A stretch of 63,975 bases of DNA, the filler included, from Lama guanicoe (lineage: Eukaryota): the NCBI GenBank assembly GCA_013239625.1. It is 79 parts of 77 records of this genome, joined end to end, with 100 filler letters (N's around TTAATTAATTAA, not from the genome) between each part and the next. Parts side by side here need not be neighbours in the genome. Positions count along the whole stretch, not along the records: positions 50,207 to 50,715 come from PNXV01000197.1; positions 50,816 to 51,554 come from PNXV01000200.1; positions 51,655 to 52,418 come from PNXV01000201.1; positions 52,519 to 53,060 come from PNXV01000202.1; positions 53,161 to 53,621 come from PNXV01000204.1; positions 53,722 to 54,432 come from PNXV01000209.1; positions 54,533 to 55,497 come from PNXV01000210.1; positions 55,598 to 56,156 come from PNXV01000211.1; 71 more parts are not named here. One strand, given 5' to 3'. A program made the position numbers and the translations under genes. The notes under the pieces are model-generated. The model worked only from the letters and a program-made list of their open reading frames with translations, was not told where the DNA came from and made no database searches. Positions 50,207 through 63,363 of this stretch are shown piece after piece (position 1 is the first letter of the stretch; each line of letters starts with the position of its first letter).

Positions 50207-50715
50207 CAGTTGATTTTGTGCTTCCTCTTTGTTCCTTTCTTCTTCCTTTTGTGGTGTGATAATTTTCCTTTGTATTGGATTTTATTAATTTTTTGTGACT
50301 CAATTGTAAGTTTTTGGCTTATGGTTACCTTTTTTGTAAGTCTATTAACCCAATACTATAACTGTTGGTATTAAATAGATAGTAATATAAGCTCAAATGC
50401 ATCCTACTGAGAACAAAAATTTTTTAAAGAGAAAAAAAAAAACCTCTATATTTTCTTGCTTCCCTCTCCCACTCTTAATGATTTAGATGTCTTCTTTTAC
50501 AATTTCACGTTTATTCTATTTGTAATTCATGGTAGTTATCACATGGTAGTTATTTCCAGTTATGGTTTTCTTGTTTCTGTAGCATCCTGCTTCTGTTCTA
50601 TTTAGAGTAGTCCTTTCATAAATTCTGTCAGCATGGGTTTAGCGTTGCTAAACTCTTCTAGTTTTGGCTTGTCTGTGAAGATCTTTATCTCTCCTTCTAT
50701 TCTAAAGGATAACTT
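50207..50715 (-). mobile_element. Old LINE-1 ORF1 end and inter-ORF region
   Basis: ttttggcttgtctgtgaagatctttatctctccttctattctaaaggataactt is antisense of the ORF1 C-terminal region. Confidence 0.65.
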
Positions 50716-51981
50716 NNNNNNNNNNNNNNNNNNNNNNNNNNNNNNNNNNNNNNNNNNNNTTAATTAATTAANNNNNNNNNNNNNNNNNNNNNNNNNNNNN
50801 NNNNNNNNNNNNNNNATCTCTGGCAAAACTTTTAGGCCTCTAACATTGTCTTCATCCTCCAATTTCATCAGCCTTGTCAAAATGGGACATAGGAGGTAAG
50901 GAGAAATGAACGAAACAGAAACTAGCTCCACACTGGAGCAAATGAAGAGATCAAATGCTAAGACTTCCTCAGACTCATGAGTTTATCAGAATACGGGACT
51001 AATGGAAGTATTATAGAAAATTCTTACTCCTTCTGATTAAGGATGCTTTCTGTGCTCCAATATGTCACATTGAACTCTGACCTCATATAAACTTTTTTTA
51101 AAGACTATTTAACCAATTGACTTAGTCTAGTTTCTAGTCCTGGCATATCTATGTCTTCTACATCTTATGGTACAAAAGAGGCTAACAGATTGTAGCATAT
51201 GAATTTACTCATAGTCTGCATCTGAAATTGTGCCAGATACTAGATATACAGAGACAATTAACACCTGGTCACTGTCCTCTAGGTGTCTGTATTGAAATGG
51301 AGAAGGCACACATAGAAAATCCAGGATACAGTGTAAAATAAGGTACCTGAACAGATGTTCAGAGAGAATGATGTGAAAACCCAAGAGAATGATTTACTCT
51401 TACACAGGGCAGTCAAGAGAACACACCAGGATGTGACACAGAACATGGAACCAAAAAGGCACAGAAGTAGATAAAAGACATCCCAAACCCAAATTCTTCA
51501 TCCTATTAAATGTTTCCAGTTAGTTGGCAGCACTTATTTTTTCAATGGATTCTTNNNNNNNNNNNNNNNNNNNNNNNNNNNNNNNNNNNNNNNNNNNNTT
51601 AATTAATTAANNNNNNNNNNNNNNNNNNNNNNNNNNNNNNNNNNNNNNNNNNNNAGAAATGAGAATATAATCACTGTACTATGCAGAAAAAATTCTAGGA
51701 GAAGTCTCCTATTTCCACTCAGAAGACCAAGAAAAAGAGCCCCAGTATACTTGAGAGCACAAACAAGTCCCTAATTTTCTTCTCTTTTTCTCTTCTCTTT
51801 TTCCTCACTCAGCCTTGTTCTAGAGCCAAACTCAGTCTCAAGTCTGCACTGCCACAGTGACATAAGAAAAACAGTTACACTAAATAGTTCTAGCAATAGA
51901 AGAAATTGTATGAGTAGTTTAAAATCTTCCCCAAAAAGACAACTCCAGGCCCAGATGATTCATTGACAAATTTTACCAAAC

Positions 51982-52398
51982 TGTTATGGACTCCATTTTG
52001 TCTCCCATCACTACCCTGCAGATTCCAATGGTAAAGCCTGGACACCCAGACCTCAGAATGTGACTGTGATTGGAGATAGGGCTTTAAGAAATCATGATAA
52101 AAAGACGCTGTACGATTGGGTCATAATCCAACCTGATCGGAGTCCTTATAAGGAGAACTTGTAGGACAAACGGAGAGATGGTAAGGATGTCAAGCACCGA
52201 GGAATGACCATGTGAATAGGCAGCAACAGGGTGGCCTTTAGCAAGCCAAGCAGAGACCCCTAAGAGGAACCCAACCCTGCTGGCACCTTGATCTTGAATT
52301 GTCTTGAATTGCTGGCCTCCAGAACTGTGAATGGATAAATTTCAGTTGGTCAAGCTACCTATTAGGTGATAGTTTTCTATCCATAGAAGACTAATACA
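51982..52398 (+). mobile_element. MaLR (MLT1-type) solo LTR inserted in an old L1 fragment
   Basis: tgttatggac..cctcagaatgtgactgt..ggagatagggc..ccctgctggcaccttgatcttg..gcctccagaactgtga..ctaataca; imperfect 5-bp TSD caaac/caacc. Confidence 0.85.
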
Positions 52399-53721
52399 CA
52401 ACCATTTAATGGGAAAAANNNNNNNNNNNNNNNNNNNNNNNNNNNNNNNNNNNNNNNNNNNNTTAATTAATTAANNNNNNNNNNNNNNNNNNNNNNNNNN
52501 NNNNNNNNNNNNNNNNNNGGGACAAGAAGGGAGGACTGTACCAGCCAACATGAGACCCTGAGCAGAAAGACCCTTCAGGAAAGGCCATCTGCAAGCCTAG
52601 CCCGGGCAGCAGCTCTGATACCCTTCTGATACCTCTCTGAGTTCCCCTTGCGGCTGATTTTCTCTAAGAGGGGCCTTAGCAGGTCCTAGCTGGTGGTACC
52701 AGATGCAGAGCACCATGGGCCATTGCTTTTGCTGTTGCTGCTGGAGAATCCGTCTGTGCAAGGCGTGGCGCCAGGTGCCCATAGTCCTGAAAACAAAGCT
52801 AAATACAATAAAACCTGCAGCCCTGGGTTGCGGAACTCTGCCACCTCCGTGGGTTCTGCATCAGGCATGATGGTTTCAGCGAGAGAACACGGCCCAGAGT
52901 GTTACACGTGAGATGGCAATGCAAGCGCGTACCGTGTGGCGCAGAAAACCGCGCTGTACAAGTGAGAAGAGCGCACGCTTGCTGGGCCTCGCTGTTGTGG
53001 GCACTGGCCACTGGGAGGTGGGGTGCTGGGCTCTGACCCTGAGCATCCAGGTGGCAGATGNNNNNNNNNNNNNNNNNNNNNNNNNNNNNNNNNNNNNNNN
53101 NNNNTTAATTAATTAANNNNNNNNNNNNNNNNNNNNNNNNNNNNNNNNNNNNNNNNNNNNACCACTCCTTGTCACCCAGTAGCAGGTGCGTGTCTCAGAA
53201 CTCACTGATGGTTAGTTGTTGTCTTCCCAGTTAAGCTCAAAGAGAAGGGAAAAGACACGGGTTTTCTCTAATTACTCCCATCAGACCTGTGGCTTACCAA
53301 ATGGACAGGTCTTGGTTAAAAGGGCTGCAGACTCTGAGTTAGTGCCTTTTCCTTGAGGACCAGAATCGCTAAGCCTGTAGAGAAACTGCCCTGCCCAGCA
53401 CTGTTCCAGGACTGTGCAGCTGAAACATTGTTTCCAGCATGGCCGATTGTGCTTCAGCAGTGAAGGTTTAGGTTCATGCGTATTTACAGTGACAAATCTG
53501 ACTGTTCTTATTCTTTTATTTTGTATAATTTAATCTTAAGTTTATAAAATGAGTTGATGTGTGTTTTTTTTATTTGTTTTTGCCTTTTTCCTCTAGCAAG
53601 CTCATGAAGCTTTCAAAATGGNNNNNNNNNNNNNNNNNNNNNNNNNNNNNNNNNNNNNNNNNNNNTTAATTAATTAANNNNNNNNNNNNNNNNNNNNNNN
53701 NNNNNNNNNNNNNNNNNNNNN

Positions 53722-54432
53722 ATTTAGAACATTGGATGCAGAACACAGAATTTAGAATATAGTACACAGATTACTGAATATAGAAATTATAATAAAGAAT
53801 GTAGAACACAGAATATAGAATATAGAATACGGAATGCAGAATTTAGAATGTCGAATCCAGAACGAAGAATACAGAATATAAAATATATAAAAAAGAATAT
53901 AGAATCCAGAATTTAGAAATGGAATGCAGAAAACAGAATGTATAATATAAAATACAGAATACTGAAAATAGGATTTAGAATATAGAAAGTAGAACACAGA
54001 ATTTAGAATATAGAAAAAAGAGAATTTAGAATATGGAATGCAGAACACAGAATTAAGAATATAGAATACAGAATACTGAATATAGAATTTAGAAAATAGA
54101 AGGTAGAACACAGAATACATAATGTAGAATACGAAATGCAGAAAATAGAATACAGAATATAGAATGTAGAACACAGAATATAAAATATGGAGAACAAAAT
54201 TTAGAACCCAGTATAGAGAACATGTAATGCAGAACACAGAATTTAGTATATAGAATACAGAACGCTGAATATAGGATTAAGACTATCAAATGTAGAACAC
54301 AGGATATAGAATAAAGAATTGTGGATATAGAACCCAGAATTTTGAACATGTAATACAGAACACAGAATATAGAATATAGAAAAAGAACACAAAATATAGA
54401 ATATATAATACGGAATGCAGAATATAGAATAC
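53722..54432 (-). repeat. AT-rich 7-bp-based satellite
   Basis: (TAGAATA)n variants. Confidence 0.95.
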
Positions 54433-54899
54433 NNNNNNNNNNNNNNNNNNNNNNNNNNNNNNNNNNNNNNNNNNNNTTAATTAATTAANNNNNNNNNNNN
54501 NNNNNNNNNNNNNNNNNNNNNNNNNNNNNNNNTTACAGAAGAGTGGTAAGTACAAATATCTTTGAAATCGTCACTGTCCATTATTATTATTCTCAGTGTT
54601 CTTCAAAATATAGCAAATACAGTTCTAAAACCCCTCCCACACTTTCTGCCTGGAATTAAAAGGTTATTTCAAACTAAGAAGTTTTTTCTTTCCAACTCAA
54701 CCCATGAAACTCCTCCACTTGTGTCTCCCATAATTTTTATAACTCATGGGAAACCTTAGCCAATTTTAATGCAAATTCTCTGTGATAGGTTTTCCTGTTG
54801 TCTTCATTTTTGTCCTCAGATTCTGCATCAAAAGACAACTTGTAAATAAAGCTGAAGAAATCTGAGTAAGATTGGAGTATCCTGGTCATGATATTCCAT

Positions 54900-55497
54900 T
54901 AGCTTTTTAAAAATAAATTTTATTCTTAGGGTAGTATTAACAGCAAAATTGAGTAGAATATGCAAGGATTTCTCATATACTCTCTACCAACACACATACA
55001 CAGTCATTATCTATAATTTCCACCAGAATGGTACCTGTTACCTATACTGAGACATCATTTTCACCCAGAGGCCGTAATTTACATTAAGATTCACTCAGTG
55101 TTGTATATTCTTTGGGTTTGGACAAATTTATAATGACATGTATCATACATTCAGTTTTATGAGAGTATCATGCAGAGTAGCTTCATGTCTTAAGAATCTT
55201 CCTTCATGTAAACCATGGACTTTGGGTGATAATAATGTGCCCATGTTGGTTCCTCGATTGTACCACATACGCCACACTGCTGAGGGGTGCTGAGGGATGC
55301 TGAGGGTAGGGGAGTATGTATGTGTGGGTGGGGAGGGCTATGTGGGAACTCCCTGTATTTTCTGCTCAATTCTGTTGCGAACCTACTGCTCTAAAAGAGT
55401 CTATTAAAAAAAAGAATCTTCTCTGTATCATATATTCATTCCTCTCTCCCCAGTAAACCTAGGAAATCCAAGAAATCTTTTACTATAGTAATTTATA
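54900..55497. mobile_element. Antisense old L1 3' end interrupted by a sense L1 3' end (about 55201-55412)
   Basis: The inner element ends in an A-tail and is flanked by aagaatcttc at about 55192 and 55412. Confidence 0.65.
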
Positions 55498-56256
55498 NNN
55501 NNNNNNNNNNNNNNNNNNNNNNNNNNNNNNNNNNNNNNNNNTTAATTAATTAANNNNNNNNNNNNNNNNNNNNNNNNNNNNNNNNNNNNNNNNNNNNTTT
55601 TTATTATCTTTCTCTACTTCGCACCAGAATTAAAGGCCCTCTTATTTCTCATGCTTAGATTTGACTCTACCACTTAACTCAATGGTTCTTTTTTTTTTAA
55701 AATTAATGTAGAAAACACCCAAGAAAAGTAAAGAATAAATAATAGCAGGAATTTTACTAGTAGTTATTATACAAGTTCTTCCAAAGGGGAAAAAAAGCAA
55801 AAAATTCAAAGAAATGTGTTAACAAAAATCAGCTTTAGACAATAGAATCTGACCTATGGATAAAATTTTAAATGAAGTTAAAGTATATTTTGAATAAAAC
55901 AAAAAATAAACAAAAAATGCCAAAGAGTGTGAGTTTCAAATGTATCAACAATTTCCATAACAAGGATGAGATGAGAAAATGTCATGTTTTACAGCAAAAA
56001 TCATCAGCAGAAGTCCAGACGTGAGACATTTCTTGGGAGTTGGGTGTGGAGATGCAGCATCCGCAGTCCTAGGGACTGACTGCAGCAGGCGCTCCCACTG
56101 CCCCTGGTGGGGGCAGAGACCTCAGGGACTACCCCAGCTGAAGGGGTTCCTGCCCANNNNNNNNNNNNNNNNNNNNNNNNNNNNNNNNNNNNNNNNNNNN
56201 TTAATTAATTAANNNNNNNNNNNNNNNNNNNNNNNNNNNNNNNNNNNNNNNNNNNN

Positions 56257-56800
56257 TTCATTCTTTTGCCTGCAGATACCCAGGTGTATCTGCACCATTT
56301 GTTGAGTAGGCTATTCTTTCAATGGAGTGTTGTTGGCAAATTTGTGGAAAACTGACTATAAATGTAAGTTTTCCCCCTGGATTTTTTATTGAGTCTCATT
56401 GATTTATGCATTCAAACTTATGCCAGTACCATAATGACTTGAGTACTATAGATTTGTAGTAACCTTTGAGTGAGTCCTCCAAATTTGCTCTTCTTTTTCA
56501 AGATAGTTTTGGCTGACCTGGGCCCCTTGCATTTCCATATGAATTTTGGGTTCAATTTTCAATTTTTGGAAAGAAGTCAGCTGGAATTTAGATAGAGATT
56601 CCATTAAATTTGTAGATCACTTTAAGGAGTCTTAACATTTTTGACAATATTGTCTACCATTCCATGAACATGGGATGCCTTCCATATATGTAGATCTTTT
56701 AAATATTTTTTGGTGATACTTCAAAATTTTCAATGTACAAATCTTGTAAAATTTTGTTAAATGTATCTCTCATTTTATTTTTAATGCTGTTGTAAATGGA
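56257..56800 (-). mobile_element. Old LINE-1 ORF2 3' fragment
   Basis: ttatgccagtaccata..ttgctcttctttttcaagatagttttggct..tttccatatgaatttt. Confidence 0.8.
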
Positions 56801-57915
56801 AAGGCTGAGCTTCCTAAGGGTGGGACTATATATCAATTTATTTATTTCTAGGATTCCTTCACAGCAAATACCCTAGGTTTGTATTTGCTACATANNNNNN
56901 NNNNNNNNNNNNNNNNNNNNNNNNNNNNNNNNNNNNNNNNNNNNNNNNNNNNNNNNNNNNNNNNNNNNNNNNNNNNNNNNNNNNNNNNNNNNNNNNNNNN
57001 NNNNNNNNNNNNNNNNNNNNNNNNNNNNNNNNNNNNNNNNNNNNNNNNNNNNNNNNNNNNNNNNNNNNNNNNNNNNNNNNNNNNNNNNNNNNNNNNNNNN
57101 NNNNNNNNNNNNNNNNNNNNNNNNNNNNNNNNNNNNNNNNNNNNNNNNNNNNNNNNNNNNNNNNNNNNNNNNTAATTTGCATTTTGAAGATTTGTGTTTC
57201 AGGAGCTTTGACTAAATAATACCTGTCTTTATTCAATAGCTACAACTAAATGCTCAAGCAACATGTAAGAGTTTGAGCAAACTGCCCCCGCCCCGTAGTG
57301 CTGGGTGGCTGCAGCCGCAACTGGAGTCAGCGCTTATCTCTCCCAGTGCGCTTGTGCTGATCTGCGCAAAGGGGTTCGTCCAACAGTTTGTCAGTAGTCT
57401 TTTGAACAAAGCCATATAGCCTTGATTTAAGGTTGCTGGAATGGAATCTATTCTTTTCAATATTAAGTAAGCGCATATTGAGTGCTTACTGTATGTTGAG
57501 AATTGTCCCTCAGCCTCACATNNNNNNNNNNNNNNNNNNNNNNNNNNNNNNNNNNNNNNNNNNNNTTAATTAATTAANNNNNNNNNNNNNNNNNNNNNNN
57601 NNNNNNNNNNNNNNNNNNNNNTGGGTAAGTCTCACTGGTGCCATCCTGTGGCTCTTTTACGTAAGTCATCATAGACAGGTGCTCATACACTATTACTTGA
57701 GAACAGCAGTATATTTTTGGGAAAAGTAGACATTGGTTTCAAAATTCAAATGTACAAATTTTAATAGCAAATTTGTAGTGATTCTCAGTAGGTCATTTTT
57801 TAAAAAGCATTTGCCTAAAAGGTTTAAGTGTCCGGAATAATATGAACTCATAAACATTAGGAAATAAGTTAACACCCCCACCCAAATATGTAATTCATAA
57901 TTTACTGTGTCTTAC

Positions 57916-58042
57916 CTTAGGGATAAAACATAAAAGTGCATGTTCCTGAGAGCGGTCATATATTGTCTTAAGTTCATGGGTAAGTGGGATGGTATGAGAG
58001 CAGAAGGACTTTGAGTACTGGACAGTAGTAATGGGGGAACGA
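57916..58042 (-). CDS. Candidate exon of an unidentified gene
   Basis: Pyrimidine-rich acceptor region and AAG|gtaaga donor; two of three frames open over 127 nt. Confidence 0.3.
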
Positions 58043-59269
58043 CTTTTAGGAAAAATCAGGACAAGTTTTATGTAACTGTTAAGTTCAATTAACATATTTA
58101 TTCTTCCTTTTTTTTGCGGCTTAACATCCTTATTTATTTAAGTGGAATGGTTTTGTTACTATTTTTAGTTCTCTGCTGTAGCCTTTCAATTATGTTTATG
58201 ATATTTTGATGGGGTTAGTCATGTGCAGGTNNNNNNNNNNNNNNNNNNNNNNNNNNNNNNNNNNNNNNNNNNNNTTAATTAATTAANNNNNNNNNNNNNN
58301 NNNNNNNNNNNNNNNNNNNNNNNNNNNNNNTGACTCTTTCAAGTACTGTAATGTTGTTTCCAAGATAGATTTAGCCACAGTGCTGGATCTCCATCTGGAG
58401 CCTGCAAGTGTCACACAGGTGACTGGGATTTACATGGGGTTCCCCATAAAACACGGGGCACAGCCGGCTCAGTGTCCAGGCAGTGAGTGCTGGGCTGGGG
58501 TGGGCGTGCGTAAGTGCCTGGGTGCTTCGCTTCTGCTGCAATATTAAAAGACAATCTGCAATGCATATTTTTAGCAGTTTAACACTCAATGGAAATGAGC
58601 CGAATCCTTTAAAAAAAAAAAAANNNNNNNNNNNNNNNNNNNNNNNNNNATTTGCATAAGTAGGTTCCAGCCACGCGGATTCTGCCTTTTCTGTCTCAAA
58701 AAGGAGGAAGTGAAATGCAGGTATAACTCATAAAAATCATCAGTGTGATCCAATCTGCAGAATTCTAGAATGTTCCATATGGAATTGTGAGTGTATGTGG
58801 AAGGTAATTTTCAGCAGGCAATATTATCACTTTGCAAAATGGGAGGAATCAGGGTTAAACTGCTGTTACTTCTCTGATGGAATTATTTAGAATGGCAAAA
58901 AGCCTTTGAGAGATAATACACATTTTGTTCCTTTTTTTTTTTCCCTGAATCTAACTTCTGAATAGGTTCACTTCAGTGCTGACTAACCTACAGGGTGTCC
59001 CTGTACTCTCTGAAAGACAGTGGAAAACAAAGTATGGGACTGACAAGGAAAGCCAGCCCACGAGCTTCTATACATAGCACCGAACAATTCCATGCACGGC
59101 TGCTTCAACTCAGGTTAACTTGCACAGATGGACTCAGCTAGTATCTGCAGGAAGGAAAGGAAAAAAAAANNNNNNNNNNNNNNNNNNNNNNNNNNNNNNN
59201 NNNNNNNNNNNNNTTAATTAATTAANNNNNNNNNNNNNNNNNNNNNNNNNNNNNNNNNNNNNNNNNNNN

Positions 59270-60206
59270 TATTCTGTATCTATATTCTAATTTCTGTGTT
59301 CTGCATTCGATTTTCTAAGTAATATATTCAGTATATTGTATTCTGTATTCTAAATTCTGTCTTCCGCATTCAATGTTCTAAATTCTATATTTGGTATTCT
59401 GTATTCTATATATTCTGTATTCTATAATCCATGTTCTAAATTCTGGCTTCTTTATTCTGTTTTCCATATTCTATATTCTGATTTCTCCATTCTATATTCT
59501 GTATTCTTAATTCTGTATTCGTTTTCCATATTCTATATTCTGTTTTCTACTTTCTATATTCTGTTTTCTACATTCTATATTCTGTATTCTAAATTCTTAA
59601 TTCTGTATTCTATATTCTATATTCTGTTTTCTTCATTCTATATTCTATATTCTATATTCAGTATTCTGTGTTCTTTATTCTAAATTCTGTGTTCTGCTTT
59701 CTATGTTCTAAATTCTGGGTTCTATATTCTCTATTCTATATCCTATGTACTGTGTTCTACATTCTTTAATCTAAGTTCTATTTTCAGTATTCTGTATTAT
59801 ATATTCTAAATTCTGTTTTCTGCATTCCATGTTCTAAATTCTGGCTTCTGTATTCTCTTTTCCATATTCTATATTCTGTTTTCTACATTCAACATTCTTT
59901 ATTCTATATTTTGCATTCTGTATTGTATACACTTTATTCTGTGTTCTACATTCTATATTCTAAATTCTTTATTCAGTATTCAGTATTGTATATTCTATAC
60001 TCTGTGTTCTACATTCTATATTCTGAATTCTATTTTCAGTATTCTGTATTCTATATTCTAAATTCTGTGTTCTGCATCCCATGTTTTAAATTCTGTGTGC
60101 TATATTCTCCATGCTATATTCTTTATATTGTGTGCTACATTCTATATTGTAAATTCTATATTCTGCATTCTGTACTCTATATTCTATTTTCTGTGTTCTA
60201 CATTCT
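59270..60206 (+). repeat. AT-rich 7-bp-based satellite
   Basis: (TATTCTA)n variants. Confidence 0.95.
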
Positions 60207-60958
60207 NNNNNNNNNNNNNNNNNNNNNNNNNNNNNNNNNNNNNNNNNNNNTTAATTAATTAANNNNNNNNNNNNNNNNNNNNNNNNNNNNNNNNNNNNNN
60301 NNNNNNTATTCATAGAAGTGTGTAGCCAAAGTGTTTATACTGTCTTCTGTAGAGGTCTTTCCCACTGCTATTAAATTTATTCCTAGGTATTTTATTTTGT
60401 ATGCTATTATAGGCTATAGGTTAAATTTTTTATTCTTTCGCTGTTCCTGACATATATAAAAGCAATTAATTTATGTATGTTAATCTTGTTACCAAACTCC
60501 CTTACCATATCCAGTAGTTACTCAATAGATTTTTTTTTAATTTTACGATGAACAGTTATAGCAACTATAGTTGATGGCATGCCTGTCTATAAAGTTGAGC
60601 TAAACGGCATATATAGGAGCAAAACACCAATTTTTGCAAAGGTATTTTATAGATAAAGGGCTTTGTTAAGACAAGCAGAATTTCCTCTAGCCTGGAGGAG
60701 GATTTGAAAAATGAATGCATGTTTCTTAAATGTGAGTGGGTTAGTCAATCATGGAAATTCAGGGTCAGGAGAGGCTCACATGACAAACTTGGCAGTGCAC
60801 AGCCAAGCATGCACAGGAGAGAAGGACACTGCGCCTGAGTCTTCCAGTCCCTTGGGAANNNNNNNNNNNNNNNNNNNNNNNNNNNNNNNNNNNNNNNNNN
60901 NNTTAATTAATTAANNNNNNNNNNNNNNNNNNNNNNNNNNNNNNNNNNNNNNNNNNNN

Positions 60959-61857
60959 GGGTAAACTCATTGACAGAGATGAGGAATGATCTAATAGCTG
61001 TTCAAAGTCCACTAGATAATGCAGAGATACGAATTAGTGATCTAGAAGACAGGGCAATAGAAATCACCCATTCAGAAGAACTACAAGATAAGCAAATAAA
61101 AAATAATGAAAGTAGCATAAGTGACCTATGGGATAATATAAAGCGTCCCAATTTTCGCATAATAGGGTTCCCAGAAGGGGAAGAAGGATCAAAGGGGATT
61201 GAAAAGGTTTTTGAAGAAATCATGACTGAAAACTTCCCAAACTTAAAGAAGGAATCAGATATCCAAGTACAGGAAGCTCAGAGGGTCCCAAACAGGAAGA
61301 ACCCAAATAGACACACACTAAGACATATCATAATCAAGATGGTCAGAGTCAAGGATAAAGAAATGATTCTAAAGGCAGTAAGAGATACGCAAAGAGTGAA
61401 TTACAAGGGAACGTCCATAAGGCTTTCACCTGACTTCTCAACACAAAGACTACAGGCCAGAAGGGAGTGGCAAGATATATTCAAAGCCCTGAATGAAAAA
61501 GAGATACAGCCTAGGATACTTTATCCAGCAAGGCTATCCTTTAGGATAGAAGGAGAAATAANNNNNNNNNNNNNNNNNNNNNNNNNNNNNNNNNNNNNNN
61601 NNNNNNNNNNNNNNNNNNNNNNNNNNNNNNNNNNNNNNNNNNNNNNNNNNNNNNNNNNNNNNNNNNNNNNNNNNNNNNNNNNNNNNNNNNNNNNNNNNNN
61701 NNNNNNNNNNNNNNNNNNNNNNNNNNNNNNNNNNNNNNNNNNNNNNNNNNNGTGGGAGGGCAGGTAAATAAAGAATATTATTTTTTTTCTTTTTTAAAAT
61801 TTTTTAAGAGTAGGATGGGTTTGAGATCATGTTACTATTAGTTTAATAAAAACAGTT
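60959..61857 (+). mobile_element. LINE-1 ORF1 (coiled coil, RRM, CTD) and probable inter-ORF sequence
   Basis: LWDNIKRPNFRIIG..IMTENFPNL..QEAQRVP..RHIIIKM..IRLSPDFS..LQARREWQDIFK..PRILYPARLSF. Confidence 0.97.
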
Positions 61858-62220
61858 NNNNNNNNNNNNNNNNNNNNNNNNNNNNNNNNNNNNNNNNNNN
61901 NTTAATTAATTAANNNNNNNNNNNNNNNNNNNNNNNNNNNNNNNNNNNNNNNNNNNNCAGAATATTTTAGACATTTTGCTATCCTAATTTAACTTTGTAT
62001 TTATTTTAGCTGTTTATATTAATTTATTTTTTTGAGGTGGTGTTTGATGAAGGATTGGTGGGCACCTCTTAGAATCCTGCTGGAAAGGGCAGATCTAGAA
62101 CAAAGACAATCTTTGACATTAAAAGGGAAGCTCTGGGATGGAAATACCACTCCTGTTTTGTTCATTATCTATTCCCATTGGCAAGTACAGCAGACATCCA
62201 TTAAGTATTTTGTGAGTAGA

Positions 62221-62383
62221 ATGCAATCTCCTTTTCTTTTTAACATATTTTATTGATTTATAATCATTTTACAATGCTGTGTCAAATTCCAGTGTAAAGC
62301 ACAATTTTTCAGTTATACATGAACATACATATATTCATTGTCACATTTTTTTCTCTGTGAGCTACTATATGCAATCTCCTTTT
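62221..62383 (-). mobile_element. Short 5'-truncated LINE-1 insertion with a perfect 15-bp TSD
   Basis: atgcaatctcctttt at 62221-62235 and at 62369-62383 flank an antisense L1 3' end. Confidence 0.85.
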
Positions 62384-62811
62384 AAATCAATTCTATTAAT
62401 CATATGCCTTCTACTTTAAACAATACCCTCTCTGTCTAGTAAATGGAGTTGTTCTGAGACTCAAATTGCATTATGGAAATAAAATATCTTTGACAATTAC
62501 AACTACTATTCAAATATAGAACAATGGGATGCTGCACCTGGTCACTAAGGATTATCTTCTTCAAACAATTCATGTGGCCATCAAGAAAATTGAAGTTACT
62601 TGAATAAAGTCACACAACTCATCATTGTCAAACTACTGCTGGACCCTAGGTCTCATAATTTTTAGTTCAATGGACTTGACACTGTGATTATTATTTTTAC
62701 TTGGTGCAGGTNNNNNNNNNNNNNNNNNNNNNNNNNNNNNNNNNNNNNNNNNNNNTTAATTAATTAANNNNNNNNNNNNNNNNNNNNNNNNNNNNNNNNN
62801 NNNNNNNNNNN

Positions 62812-63263
62812 TAGAATGGAGAACACAAAATTTAGAATATAGATTAGAGAATATAGAAGCCAGAATATAGAACATGAAATACAGAACACATAATTTAGAA
62901 TATTGAATACAGAATACAGAATATAGAATTTCGAATATAGTTTGAAAACNNNNNNNNNNNNNNNGAATAGAGAAAATAAAACCCAGAATTTAGAACATGG
63001 AATGCAGAACACAGAATTTAGAGTATAGAATATAGAATACTGTATATAGATTTAGAATATAGATTGTAGAACACAGAATATAGAATAAAGGATACAGAAT
63101 ATCGAATGTAGAACACAGAATATAGAATACGGAAAACAAAATACAGAACCCAGAATATAGAACATGGAGTGCAGAACACAGAATTTAGAATACATAATAC
63201 AGAATTCCGAATAAAGAACTTAGAATACATAATGTAGAACACAGAATATAGAATATAGAATAG
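62812..63263 (-). repeat. AT-rich 7-bp-based satellite
   Basis: (TAGAATA)n variants. Confidence 0.95.
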
Positions 63264-63363
63264 NNNNNNNNNNNNNNNNNNNNNNNNNNNNNNNNNNNNN
63301 NNNNNNNTTAATTAATTAANNNNNNNNNNNNNNNNNNNNNNNNNNNNNNNNNNNNNNNNNNNN

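Noticed and set aside
53570..53621. Acceptor followed by QAHEAFKM
   Set aside because: Only about 25 nt of possible exon before the fragment ends; too short to assign.
753..63363. TTAATTAATTAA repeats with unique intervening sequence as a CRISPR-like array, PacI-site array or programmed-rearrangement signal
   Set aside because: The 12-mer is always embedded in fixed-length N-runs. It is an assembly linker and the DNA is mammalian.
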